From positions 1,082,732 through 1,146,731 of the forward strand of contig CAZNDZ010000001.1 of NCBI GenBank assembly GCA_964572155.1: a DNA stretch of 64,000 nucleotides. The letters run 5' to 3'. Positions 8,499 through 17,089 of the stretch are shown here, piece after piece (the stretch's first letter is position 1; every line of letters begins with the position of its first letter). Position numbers and translations under genes: made by a program. Source of the stretch: an uncultured Planctomycetales bacterium (lineage in GTDB: Bacteria; Omnitrophota; Gorgyraeia; Zapsychrales; Fredricksoniimonadaceae). A model generated the notes under the pieces. The model was given only the letters and a program-made list of their open reading frames with translations. It was not told the origin of the DNA and ran no database searches.

Positions 8499-10205
8499 AT
8501 GCTTACAGATTCAAATTTAAAATCAAAAGTTGATTCACTGTGGAATAAGTTATGGTCAGGAGGATTGGCTAATCCTTTAGATGCGATTGAACAGCTTTCA
8601 TTTTTATTGTTTTTAAAGCGTCTGGAAGAAGCCGAAGAGGATCGCGAGCGAGTCGCTAAGTTGCGTAAATTGAAATATGAACCAATATTTAAAGATAAGG
8701 AATTGCGTTGGTCATATTGGTCAAATTTAGATGCGGCGAGCGCTCTTAAAGCAGTAAAGGAAAAAGTATTTCCTTTTATTAAAGAATTAGGTGGTGTCGG
8801 CGGCTCGTTTGCAGAGCAAATGGAAAATGCTGAATTTAAGATTAATAAACCAAATTTATTAATTGAAGCATGTCGTCTGATCGATGAAATGCAAATTTCA
8901 AGCCAGAATCAGGATGTTCAGGGTGATCTTTATGAATACCTTTTAAGTAAGCTAAATATCGCTGGTACCAACGGCCAGTTTAGAACGCCACGTCATATCA
9001 TTCGCATGATGGTGCAGATGATTGACCCGCGTCCCGGTGAAAAGATGTGTGACCCGGCGGCCGGTACGTGCGGATTTCCGGTTAATTTCTATCAGTACAT
9101 TTTAGAAAAGAATACCGATCCAAAATTGCTCACCTATGATGAAGATGGGTTTCCCCACAAATTGGTTGGCGATAAATTAACCAAGGAACAAAATGAATTC
9201 TTACAAAACGAGGCAGTCACTGCGTATGACAACGACGCAGGAATGACCATGCTTCGCATTGGATCAATGAATTTGATCTTGCATGGTATAGCACAACCCA
9301 ATTTTAAGCATACTGATGCACTTTCCAAAGCATATAACGAAGAACGAAAATACGACATTATCTTAGCCAATCCACCTTTTAAGGGGGCAATTGACGCATC
9401 TGACGTTAATCCTACATTACCGACAAAATGTAAGAAGACGGAACTCTTATTTCTACATCTGTTTTTAAGGCTTTTAGAAAACGGTGGACGCGCGGCTGTC
9501 ATTGTGCCAGATGGTGTTTTATTCGGTTCCAATCAGGCGCATTTAGAGATTAGAAAGAAGCTAATTGAGGAAAATCGACTGGATGGTGTTGTGTCCATGC
9601 CAGCGGGTGTGTTTAGGCCTTATGCAGGAGTATCAACAGCCGTATTGTTTTTCACCAAGGGCGCATCAACCGAGAAAGTCTGGTTTTACGATATGGAACA
9701 TGATGGCTTCTCGCTGGATGATAAACGTCAAAAGGTTGAGGAGACTGATATTCCTGATTTGCTTGAGTGCTGGAGGAATCGGTCTGATAAAAAGTTTTCA
9801 CAAACCAGAGATAAGCGTTTGGCAGAGCTTCAAGAGAAGATTACGCCACTAAAGAAAAAACGGTTGGCGCTTTTGGCGGAGGTTAATTGGTTAACATTTG
9901 AACAGGTAATCGCTGAAGATGGTAATGATAAGGCGCGATTAGCATTAGAAGCAGATAAATCAAAGCTGGACGATTTGCATAAAGAAATTGAACCCCTTCA
10001 GAATGAAATCAATCAGCTTACCCGCCAATTTTGGGTGGCCAAGGACAAGCTGAAGGCCAATAAATATGATTTATCCTCTAGCCGATACCGTTTGATTGAG
10101 CAGGATGAGATTTATTATGAGAAACCTGCAATGACTTTACAAAGATTAGATGAAATTAATAAAGTTTCGGATAGTCTTATTGTTAATCTTAAGAAAGAGA
10201 TTTAG
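8499..10205 (+). CDS. hsdM: Type I restriction-modification N6-adenine DNA methyltransferase subunit
   Basis: Contains the motif ILANPPF (NPPF catalytic motif) and the AdoMet-binding segment DPAAGTCGF. It starts 4 nt after the hsdR stop. Confidence 0.9.
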   Translation: MLTDSNLKSKVDSLWNKLWSGGLANPLDAIEQLSFLLFLKRLEEAEEDRERVAKLRKLKYEPIFKDKELRWSYWSNLDAASALKAVKEKVFPFIKELGGVGGSFAEQMENAEFKINKPNLLIEACRLIDEMQISSQNQDVQGDLYEYLLSKLNIAGTNGQFRTPRHIIRMMVQMIDPRPGEKMCDPAAGTCGFPVNFYQYILEKNTDPKLLTYDEDGFPHKLVGDKLTKEQNEFLQNEAVTAYDNDAGMTMLRIGSMNLILHGIAQPNFKHTDALSKAYNEERKYDIILANPPFKGAIDASDVNPTLPTKCKKTELLFLHLFLRLLENGGRAAVIVPDGVLFGSNQAHLEIRKKLIEENRLDGVVSMPAGVFRPYAGVSTAVLFFTKGASTEKVWFYDMEHDGFSLDDKRQKVEETDIPDLLECWRNRSDKKFSQTRDKRLAELQEKITPLKKKRLALLAEVNWLTFEQVIAEDGNDKARLALEADKSKLDDLHKEIEPLQNEINQLTRQFWVAKDKLKANKYDLSSSRYRLIEQDEIYYEKPAMTLQRLDEINKVSDSLIVNLKKEI

Positions 10206-10209
10206 AAAA

Positions 10210-11319
10210 ATGTCATCTGTGCGTTTTGATGAAGTTGCAGAATTTATTAATGGCAAGGCTTTTAAGCCTTCAGATTGGTCAGAGTCTGGATTGCCAATTA
10301 TTCGTATTCAAAATTTAACAGGTACCAGTGAAAGATTTAATTATTTTAATGGTGATGTAGAAGATAAATTTCGCGTTAGGAATGGGGATATTCTAATATC
10401 TTGGTCTGCATCGTTAGGTGTTTACTATTGGCAGGGAGCAGAAGCTGTATTAAATCAACATATTTTTAAAGTTTGCCCGAAAAAGAACATAGATCCAGAT
10501 TACTTTTATTACGCATCGACAGGTAAACTTCAAGAAATGGTTGCCCAAGTTCATGGGGCAACGATGCAACATATAACCAAAGATCGTTTCGATGCGCTTT
10601 TAATTGCCTTGCCCTCTTTAACTGAACAAAGAAGAATAGCAAAATATTTAAAACAAGCCGACCGCCTTCGCCGTATCCGCCGTTTTGCGCTTGAAATGAG
10701 CGATTCATTTCTTCCAGCTGTTTTTGTTGAGATGTTTGGTGATCCTGTGAGAAATGCCCAGGCATGGCCAACAGAATCCTTAGGCGTGCTTGGAAAAGTG
10801 ACAACAGGTGGGACTCCTCCAAGCGCGAAATCAGGAATGTTTGGCGGGAAGACTCCTTTTATTACGCCTGGTGACCTAGAAGTTGATACGAAATATTCGC
10901 AAAGGTTTTTGACTGATGATGGTGTTAATGAAAGTGTTATCGTTAGATCAGGTTCAACATTGGTATGTTGCATTGGGGCAACAATTGGAAAGACGGATAA
11001 AGCGCGTGTTAAATGCTCTTTCAATCAGCAGATCAATGCCATTGAATGGGGAAAAAATATTAATGATGATTTTGGTTTTTATCTTATGCGATTTTTTTCA
11101 AAGATTGTAGCTGAACGTGGTCAATCGACCACATTGCCTATTTTGAAGAAGTCAGCGTTTGAAGAGTTGATTTTGCCAGTTCCACCGTTACCTATTCAAG
11201 AAAAGTTTGCTGATATTGTCGAACGACATGAACAATTACGTTCTACGCAGGTCGAATCCTTACGCCAAGCCGAGCATTTGTTCCAATCCTTGCTTCATCA
11301 GGCGTTTAGTGGGAAATAA
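10210..11319 (+). CDS. hsdS: Type I restriction-modification specificity subunit (two target-recognition domains)
   Basis: ATG at 10210 directly follows the hsdM stop. Shows bipartite target-recognition-domain (TRD) architecture and the conserved central and C-terminal coiled regions typical of HsdS (LPSLTEQRRIAKYL..., LPVPPLPIQEKFADIVE). Confidence 0.8.
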   Translation: MSSVRFDEVAEFINGKAFKPSDWSESGLPIIRIQNLTGTSERFNYFNGDVEDKFRVRNGDILISWSASLGVYYWQGAEAVLNQHIFKVCPKKNIDPDYFYYASTGKLQEMVAQVHGATMQHITKDRFDALLIALPSLTEQRRIAKYLKQADRLRRIRRFALEMSDSFLPAVFVEMFGDPVRNAQAWPTESLGVLGKVTTGGTPPSAKSGMFGGKTPFITPGDLEVDTKYSQRFLTDDGVNESVIVRSGSTLVCCIGATIGKTDKARVKCSFNQQINAIEWGKNINDDFGFYLMRFFSKIVAERGQSTTLPILKKSAFEELILPVPPLPIQEKFADIVERHEQLRSTQVESLRQAEHLFQSLLHQAFSGK

Positions 11320-11333
11320 GAGAGGTATTCATT

Positions 11334-12458
11334 ATGGATAAATGGTTAGGAATAATAACTGGTACTAATCGAGGTATTGTGTCTTTTGAATGGCAACAGG
11401 ATGCACAGAACAAGATTTCTGGCACCTTCAATGTTTATGACGTGGATAATACCAATATTTCTGGAAAAGTAGAAGGTGTCGTTAATGGTGAAAAGATCGG
11501 TTTAAAATTATTAAATATTCAGCCACAAGGAGAAGGGATTTCAAAGTCAGGAACAGCCGACTTAGTTATGAACGGTAAAGAGCTTAAAGGAGTATGGGCT
11601 ACAGATTTAGGCGCAAAAGGTGAATGTGTTCTTTATCAATTAATTCAATCACAGCAAAGTGCTGTATCAGACTTGCCGGATCCAGATTTAACTCTGGAAA
11701 CCAAAGACATAACGATTGCTTTTTGTACTTTCAATAAGAAAAGCATTGAGGATATTTTTAAGATAATGACAGGTATCGTTAATGCAATAAGGAAAGATAA
11801 AAAGGCGCAGGTATTGCCTCCAATTTATTCGATTACTTATGATGCGGAAGAGAGAATTAGAACGTATTCTTTGTCAGAATTTTTACAAAAATTGAATGAT
11901 GCCAAGAAAATCTGGTATGTGGGTTTTGAATTTAAAGATAAGGCCGATCTAAAAAATATTTTTATCAATATTTTTTATCAAGAAAATATTGGTTCAAATA
12001 TAAGAAGCAACGTTTTAGTTGAAAGTACAGATAAAGAAATTGTAATGGTGATCCCAGAAATGGTGAGAGGACTGGTCAGCAAGGTAAGGAATAGAAATTT
12101 ATTTTTTTACCATTGGTTATTTGAGGCGGTCATTCAATTGGCCGCTGTCATAGGAATGTTTCTTTTGTCGTATTTAGTTAGCAATAAGCTGACAATATCA
12201 TTGCCTAACTATAATTTTGCTTTGGATAAGCCCTATATCTTCGTGATTGTGCTTATTATATTTTCCAATCTCTGGACATATGTCTCGAGAATGATTTTAG
12301 GGTTGATTCATAGAAATTTTCCTGTCGTTGACATAAGAAATCGGGAGCGGGTAGGATACCTTCGAGAGGTGATCGTGACTCTTCTCGGGGCATTTATTTT
12401 GTGGGCATTTACAAATTTCGGATCGTTGATTTATAAATGGCTTCTTATAAAGAATTAA
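11334..12458 (+). CDS. Uncharacterised protein: ~260-aa soluble N-terminal region plus three predicted C-terminal transmembrane helices
   Basis: Hydrophobic stretches LFFYHWLFEAVIQLAAVIGMFLLSYLV, IFVIVLIIFSNLWTYVSRMILGLI and VTLLGAFILWAFTNFGSLIY. No recognisable family. It sits 15 nt after hsdS. Confidence 0.6.
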   Translation: MDKWLGIITGTNRGIVSFEWQQDAQNKISGTFNVYDVDNTNISGKVEGVVNGEKIGLKLLNIQPQGEGISKSGTADLVMNGKELKGVWATDLGAKGECVLYQLIQSQQSAVSDLPDPDLTLETKDITIAFCTFNKKSIEDIFKIMTGIVNAIRKDKKAQVLPPIYSITYDAEERIRTYSLSEFLQKLNDAKKIWYVGFEFKDKADLKNIFINIFYQENIGSNIRSNVLVESTDKEIVMVIPEMVRGLVSKVRNRNLFFYHWLFEAVIQLAAVIGMFLLSYLVSNKLTISLPNYNFALDKPYIFVIVLIIFSNLWTYVSRMILGLIHRNFPVVDIRNRERVGYLREVIVTLLGAFILWAFTNFGSLIYKWLLIKN

Positions 12459-12485
12459 GCATCAAAATCCAATAGGTGAATAGTA

Positions 12486-13781
12486 ATGGCAGTACTTAAT
12501 CAAGAGAGCATCAAGGAAATTTATTCTGAGATACGGCTTATGGGCATCCGTTATGCGGGAATGCTTAATAATGTTCATCAGTTATCTGCCACTTTAAAAG
12601 AAGAGAAGGCCAAGGAATATCTTTCTTATGGGGTTGGTAGGAGGATAACGGTTCTAAACCGTTGCATAGAAAACGTATTTACTCTTTTTCCGCTAAATCA
12701 AGAAGCCCCGTTAGAGGCAGATAAAGTAAAAGACGTCGATATTAATCTACATGCTTTTTGTGTAAATATTTTCGGCCTTTTGGATAATTTAGCTTGGGTT
12801 TGGGTATATGAAAAGAAATTGTCGCCAAAGATAAATGAGCATAATGTTGGATTATTTAAAGAAAAAGTGAAGAGATCCTTACCCAAAGCATTTCAAGAGT
12901 ATTTAGATTCAGACTTAATTCAAAAATGGCACCATAAATACCAAAAAGATTATCGAAACGCTGTATCGCACAAGATTCCATTATATGTGCCACCTAAGAC
13001 GCTAAATTCTGAACAGGCCGGACAATATCAAGAAATAGAGAATAAAATTAACGATTGTTATAAGGCTTTTATACATGGGAATTCTGGGGATCAAATCAGT
13101 AAAATAGAAAAGTTGCGAACAGAACAAGAAGCCGTTGGTAGTGCTTGTCCGCTTTTTGTCCATTCATTTACCGAGGCAGATGGCCAGTTATTCATACATC
13201 CTCAAATGATCGCTGATTTTAAGACCATTGAAGAAATTGTCGGAAAATTTTGTCAAGCAATTCATTCTGGGGAAGTTAAGCAAGAGGAAGCCCAAACAGA
13301 TGAAGAAAAGTTTAAATTCTTAGCTGAGCATTTCTTTTACGAAATCCAGCAACTTCTTGTTGCTGTGTACGTCGTTAAGCATCCATTGCCATTCTGGATC
13401 AATATAAAATTAGAGGTCTTTCTTTTACATGCGCGATCTTTGTATGAATTCTTTTATTCAAAAGAAAAGCGTAATGACGATGATGCCCGTGCGTATGATT
13501 TTGTCGGTGATGTCAATAATTGGCTGAAGGAGAGGCCATTAAAATCCAGTGATATTGAACAATCCATTAAGCGTATGAATAAAGAGCTTTCGCATATAAC
13601 TTATAAAAGGCATTCTGGGGTTGTTCTTGAGAAACAATGGGATTTGACGCCTATTAAGGATCACTTGTTGGCCGTGACAAAAGTTTTCTTAGAGAATGTT
13701 CCCAATGGATCAAAGATTATGGATGATATTAATAAATTTGAGGTGATATTAGTTAACAATGGTCTTCCGCCGAATGCATGA
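12486..13781 (+). CDS. Uncharacterised protein (431 aa) carrying two Rx4-6H (HEPN-like) motifs; putative RNase-type defence effector
   Basis: RNAVSH at residues 157-162 and RMNKELSH at 363-370. Otherwise no recognisable family. The assignment is motif-only. Confidence 0.5.
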   Translation: MAVLNQESIKEIYSEIRLMGIRYAGMLNNVHQLSATLKEEKAKEYLSYGVGRRITVLNRCIENVFTLFPLNQEAPLEADKVKDVDINLHAFCVNIFGLLDNLAWVWVYEKKLSPKINEHNVGLFKEKVKRSLPKAFQEYLDSDLIQKWHHKYQKDYRNAVSHKIPLYVPPKTLNSEQAGQYQEIENKINDCYKAFIHGNSGDQISKIEKLRTEQEAVGSACPLFVHSFTEADGQLFIHPQMIADFKTIEEIVGKFCQAIHSGEVKQEEAQTDEEKFKFLAEHFFYEIQQLLVAVYVVKHPLPFWINIKLEVFLLHARSLYEFFYSKEKRNDDDARAYDFVGDVNNWLKERPLKSSDIEQSIKRMNKELSHITYKRHSGVVLEKQWDLTPIKDHLLAVTKVFLENVPNGSKIMDDINKFEVILVNNGLPPNA

Positions 13782-14362
13782 AGGTATTCATATTCATTGC
13801 TATGCTGACACTTCGTTTAACAAATAAAACTTTGAAAGAGCTGCCTTTCCCCAAGTCTGCCATTTTGACCTTGCCCGAGCATGGGGGCGTGCTGGAAGAC
13901 TGGTATGTGCATGTGTTTGTCCATGAAAAGCGGCGGCATTTGATGTTTACGCACGCGGGGTCGTTGGTGTCGTTTGTGGCATCTGGGGTTTATCAGCGTG
14001 ATATGAAGGATATAGAAAAGATTTTCAGGCGTGAGTTTAGTCGGTTTTTGGCATTAGAGAAATTTGACCAGCAAGATATTCTGATGTTCCAATTAGCCTT
14101 GGGTGATATGCGCTTGGCCAAGACCATTGACCGCAGGGTAACGGGATCAATGGTTGAGCTAATCAAAAGTTATAAATGGTATGTGAGCGACACGTATAAT
14201 CATAAGGGACATGTGCCGGAGGATTATGCGCTCTACGAATTAAATCGAATTCCGCTGGGTGCGTTAAAATATGCGTTCGCCATTGAAATGTTCCATAAAA
14301 CCGTGGACGTGCTCAAAGGTTTTCACCATATCCCCGGGCATGGGGCAGTGGGATTGAATTAG
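13778..14362 (+). CDS. Uncharacterised protein (194 aa), translationally coupled to the upstream gene (ATGA overlap), with distinctly higher GC than its neighbours
   Basis: Start overlaps the preceding stop. His-rich (HVFVHEKRRH, HKGH, FHHIPGHG). GC looks ~45% against ~33% for the two upstream genes. Confidence 0.5.
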   Translation: MKVFIFIAMLTLRLTNKTLKELPFPKSAILTLPEHGGVLEDWYVHVFVHEKRRHLMFTHAGSLVSFVASGVYQRDMKDIEKIFRREFSRFLALEKFDQQDILMFQLALGDMRLAKTIDRRVTGSMVELIKSYKWYVSDTYNHKGHVPEDYALYELNRIPLGALKYAFAIEMFHKTVDVLKGFHHIPGHGAVGLN

Positions 14363-14414
14363 GAAGAACAGGTCAGGACGCATCATAGAATTATCAAAAT
14401 TGGGAGTTGACTAA

Positions 14415-15437
14415 ATGGGGAAAAAATTGCAAACGGTTCATAAAGATAACAAAGTTATTCTTTATACTACGGCGGATGGCAAGGTTACCGTTGATGTGTT
14501 TTTTTCGCGGGACAATTTCTGGTTGACCCAAAAAACCTTGGCAGATTTATTCGGGGTTAATGTTCCAGCAGTATCTCGGCATTTAAAGAATATTTATGCC
14601 AGCAAAGAACTTGTGAGGGAGGCAACTGTTTCCAAAATGGAAACTGTTCAAACTGAGGGTGGCCGTAAGATTTCTAGGTATGTTGAGTATTATAATTTGG
14701 ACGCTGTAATTGCCGTAGGGTATCGGGTCAACTCTGTTAAAGCCACGCATTTTCGGATCTGGGCCACAAATACCCTTAGGGAGTTCATGGTTAAGGGTTT
14801 TGTCCTTAATGATGAAATGCTTAAAAATGGGCGGGCTTTTGGTGAAGATTATTTTGATGAACTTTTGGAAAAAATTCGGGAGATTCGCGCAAGCGAGCGT
14901 AGGGCATATCAGAAGATCGCTGATGTGTTTGAGCAATGTAGCAGTGATTACCAAAGTAATAGCCAGGAAACACAGCTGTTTTATCAGATTGTCCAGAATC
15001 ATCTGCACTTTGCGACAGTTGGGAAGACTGCGGCAGAGATTGTTTATCAACGAGCGGACAGTAAAAAACCATTTATGGGTTTGACGACATGGAAGAATTC
15101 TCCAAAAGGGAAGGTTTTAAAGAGTGATGTTACAGTGGCAAAGAATTATTTAAATCAGGAAGAAGTATCCAAGTTGAATCGTCTGGTGACCATGTTTATA
15201 GATTTTGCTGAACTTCGGGCGTTAAATCGGCGCATTATGACAATGAAGGATTGGCTTAAACAAATTGATAAGTTTCTTCAATTGACCGATCAACAGGTGC
15301 TTAGTAATGCGGGGAAGATTTCACATGAAATGGCGACTGCCAAAGCCCATCAAGAATACGATAAATTTCGGGTTAAGCAAGATAGTGAGTACGTGTCAAA
15401 TTTTGATCAGGAATTCGCTAAGTATCTGAAGGGCTAA
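14415..15437 (+). CDS. rhuM: RhuM-family protein (Fic/DOC-related virulence protein RhuM family)
   Basis: Strong resemblance to RhuM proteins along the whole length (ILYTTADGKVTVDV, AVGYRVNS, RIWATNTLREFMVKGFVLNDE, DYFDELLEKIREIRASERR, MGLTTWKN, VTVAKNYL, NRLVTMF). Confidence 0.85.
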   Translation: MGKKLQTVHKDNKVILYTTADGKVTVDVFFSRDNFWLTQKTLADLFGVNVPAVSRHLKNIYASKELVREATVSKMETVQTEGGRKISRYVEYYNLDAVIAVGYRVNSVKATHFRIWATNTLREFMVKGFVLNDEMLKNGRAFGEDYFDELLEKIREIRASERRAYQKIADVFEQCSSDYQSNSQETQLFYQIVQNHLHFATVGKTAAEIVYQRADSKKPFMGLTTWKNSPKGKVLKSDVTVAKNYLNQEEVSKLNRLVTMFIDFAELRALNRRIMTMKDWLKQIDKFLQLTDQQVLSNAGKISHEMATAKAHQEYDKFRVKQDSEYVSNFDQEFAKYLKG

Positions 15438-15536
15438 CGCCCACAATGTGAATATGGTTCCACCGATTGCGCTCGGTGATAAACTTATTCCGGCACCACA
15501 GCAGTCCCAAATCGGACTTCAGTCCGGGGAGCCATT

Positions 15537-15578
15537 TTTAGTCGTGGACGCAAAACGCAATAGCGTTCATAATAAAGG
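15537..15578. repeat. ~42-bp repeat copy 1 (TAGTCGTGGACGCAAAACGCAATAGCGTTCATAATAAAG)
   Basis: ~38/42 identity with the copy at 16328-16369, in the same orientation. Together they bracket the grx/hxlR pair. Confidence 0.6.
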
Positions 15579-15608
15579 CCTCTCTAGATATGTATCCAGA
15601 GAGGCCTT
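15574..15608. terminator. Bidirectional rho-independent terminator-like hairpin (AAAGGCCTCTCT-loop-AGAGAGGCCTTT) between the convergent rhuM and grx-like genes
   Basis: A perfect 12-bp stem read directly. It has an A-run on the 5' side and a T-rich 3' side. Confidence 0.55.
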
Positions 15609-15665
15609 TCGTTCTTATTAAGACAAGTCTATTCTTCTTGAACTTAAAAGAAATATTTATTTTGC

Positions 15666-15890
15666 TTATAAGATGGTTCGAAGTTTAGATTCATCCCAGC
15701 CTTCTATGATCTGACCGTTAGAAATTACGGCAGGAAGAGTCTTAAGACCTAGACGTTTAACTTCAGCCATTAGCTCCGGGTGACCTTTAACGTTGTAACG
15801 TAAGTAGTCAACCCCAGTTGCGCTTAATAAGCCTGCAACTTTTTGGCAATCTGCGCAACCACCATCATAGAAAATAACTGTTTTTGTCAT
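15666..15890 (-). CDS. Glutaredoxin/NrdH-like small redox protein (CxxC = CADC)
   Basis: 74 aa with the motif VIFYDGGCADCQK and a glutaredoxin-like C-terminal segment. Confidence 0.65.
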   Translation of the reverse strand: MTKTVIFYDGGCADCQKVAGLLSATGVDYLRYNVKGHPELMAEVKRLGLKTLPAVISNGQIIEGWDESKLRTIL

Positions 15891-15983
15891 ATTGTCTCCT
15901 TGTTGTTATAATGTTTACTAATGATAGGAAATATAGCAGCTATCTGTGAAGCGTCAATTAGGCACCTTTAGGAAACTAGTCAT

Positions 15984-16259
15984 ATGAATAATGAACAACA
16001 GTTTGAAAATGTTTTCAAATGTAAATGGAGCACTCTTGTATTATCTGAAATTCACGCAGGCACAAAACAACCAGGGCAGTTACTGCGATGTATTGAAGGA
16101 TTGACTAAGAAAGTTTTATATCAAAGACTGAAGAAATTAGAGCGATTTGGTTATATTAAGCGACAACTTATAACTGAGAAACCGTTAAAAGTTTATTACA
16201 CTATCAAACCTTCTGGACTAAAAGTAATAAAAATTATAAAGATGATTAGGTCATTATAA
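15984..16259 (+). CDS. HxlR-family winged-helix transcriptional regulator
   Basis: 91 aa with CKWSTLVLSEI...GTKQPGQL...ITEKPLKVYYTIKP, typical of HxlR/MarR-like winged-helix (wHTH) regulators. Divergent from the grx-like gene. Confidence 0.65.
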   Translation: MNNEQQFENVFKCKWSTLVLSEIHAGTKQPGQLLRCIEGLTKKVLYQRLKKLERFGYIKRQLITEKPLKVYYTIKPSGLKVIKIIKMIRSL

Positions 16260-16327
16260 TTATAGTATTAATATTTCGTTTTGTTTAGACCAGTTGTAGA
16301 ACTTGTTCGCTGGCGTGAATTAACTAT

Positions 16328-16369
16328 AGTCGTGGACACAAAACGTAATAGCGTCCAGAATAAAGTACG
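16328..16369. repeat. ~42-bp repeat copy 2 (TAGTCGTGGACACAAAACGTAATAGCGTCCAGAATAAAG)
   Basis: See copy 1 at 15537. Confidence 0.6.
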
Positions 16370-16394
16370 CCTGTATGCAAGTAATTAACCATTT

Positions 16395-16437
16395 AGGCTC
16401 ACCCGTGAGGGCGAGAAGTGAGCTCCGTTTATAAATC
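16395..16437. repeat. Short intergenic repeat family B, copy 1 (CCCGTGAGGGCGAGAAGTGAGCTCCGTTTATAAATCCGAC) with internal hairpin potential
   Basis: ~37/41 identity with the copy at 18568-18612. CTCAC/GTGAG arms can form a hairpin. Confidence 0.55.
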
Positions 16438-16627
16438 CGACCTGCCTGCCGAGAGGCGATTAAGAGTTATTTTCTATTTTTCTATTCCCCTCATTCAAAA
16501 AACCACCGTTTTATAGGTAACACTACCTAATTTTATTAGCATCCAACCTAATTTATACAATTCTGATTATTTGTTCTAATAAATTAAGTGAATTTATTAG
16601 GAAATGAATAACAAAAAGGAGGGATGT

Positions 16628-17089
16628 ATGAATCTCATACCGTGGAAATCAAGAGCAACGGGGTTGGATGTTTTTCAGGATTTGGAAGAATTTCAAAAAG
16701 AGATGAACCGTATGTTTGATCTGCGGACGCAATGGCCTCTTAAGATGGGTAATGGCGGGATGTGGGCGCCGGCAGTTGATATCATTGATGAAAAAGATCA
16801 GGTCCGTATCAAGGCAGATTTGCCTGGGCTAAAGAAGGAAGACATTGATGTTAGTGCCGACAATGGGGTTTTAACCATTAAGGGGGAGAAAAAAGAAGAA
16901 AAGGAAGTTAAGGAAAAGGACTATGTCCGCTCTGAGCGGTATTACGGTTCATTTCATCGATCATTTAGTTTGCCGGCGGGTGTTGATGCGCAAAAGGTAA
17001 ACGCTGTTTATAAAGATGGCGTCCTGGAGGTCTCCCTTCCAAAAAGGGAAGATGCGAAACCGAAACAAATTAAAGTTGAGGTTAAGTAA
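16628..17089 (+). CDS. Hsp20/alpha-crystallin family small heat-shock protein
   Basis: Alpha-crystallin domain (VDIIDEKDQVRIKADLPG...GVLTIKGEKK...RSFSLPAGVD...DGVLEVSLPK). AAGGAGGG RBS 6 nt before the ATG at 16628. Confidence 0.85.
   Translation: MNLIPWKSRATGLDVFQDLEEFQKEMNRMFDLRTQWPLKMGNGGMWAPAVDIIDEKDQVRIKADLPGLKKEDIDVSADNGVLTIKGEKKEEKEVKEKDYVRSERYYGSFHRSFSLPAGVDAQKVNAVYKDGVLEVSLPKREDAKPKQIKVEVK

Noticed and set aside
8215-9852. ORFs 8215-8406, 9134-9532 and 9565-9852 inside hsdR/hsdM
   Set aside because: Alternative-frame or antisense overlaps within strongly supported genes.
10466-11110. ORFs 10466-10822(-), 10551-11024(-) and 10916-11110(+) within hsdS
   Set aside because: Shadow ORFs of hsdS.
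15455-15536. Possible tRNA or tmRNA-like 3' fragment ending ...GGGGAGCCA, as a potential att site
   Set aside because: No T-arm (no GGTTCRANYCC-like loop), and no cloverleaf can be drawn. A weak CGGAC-TTCA-GTCCG hairpin is present, but the segment is not credibly a tRNA. Serine recombinases also rarely target tRNA genes.
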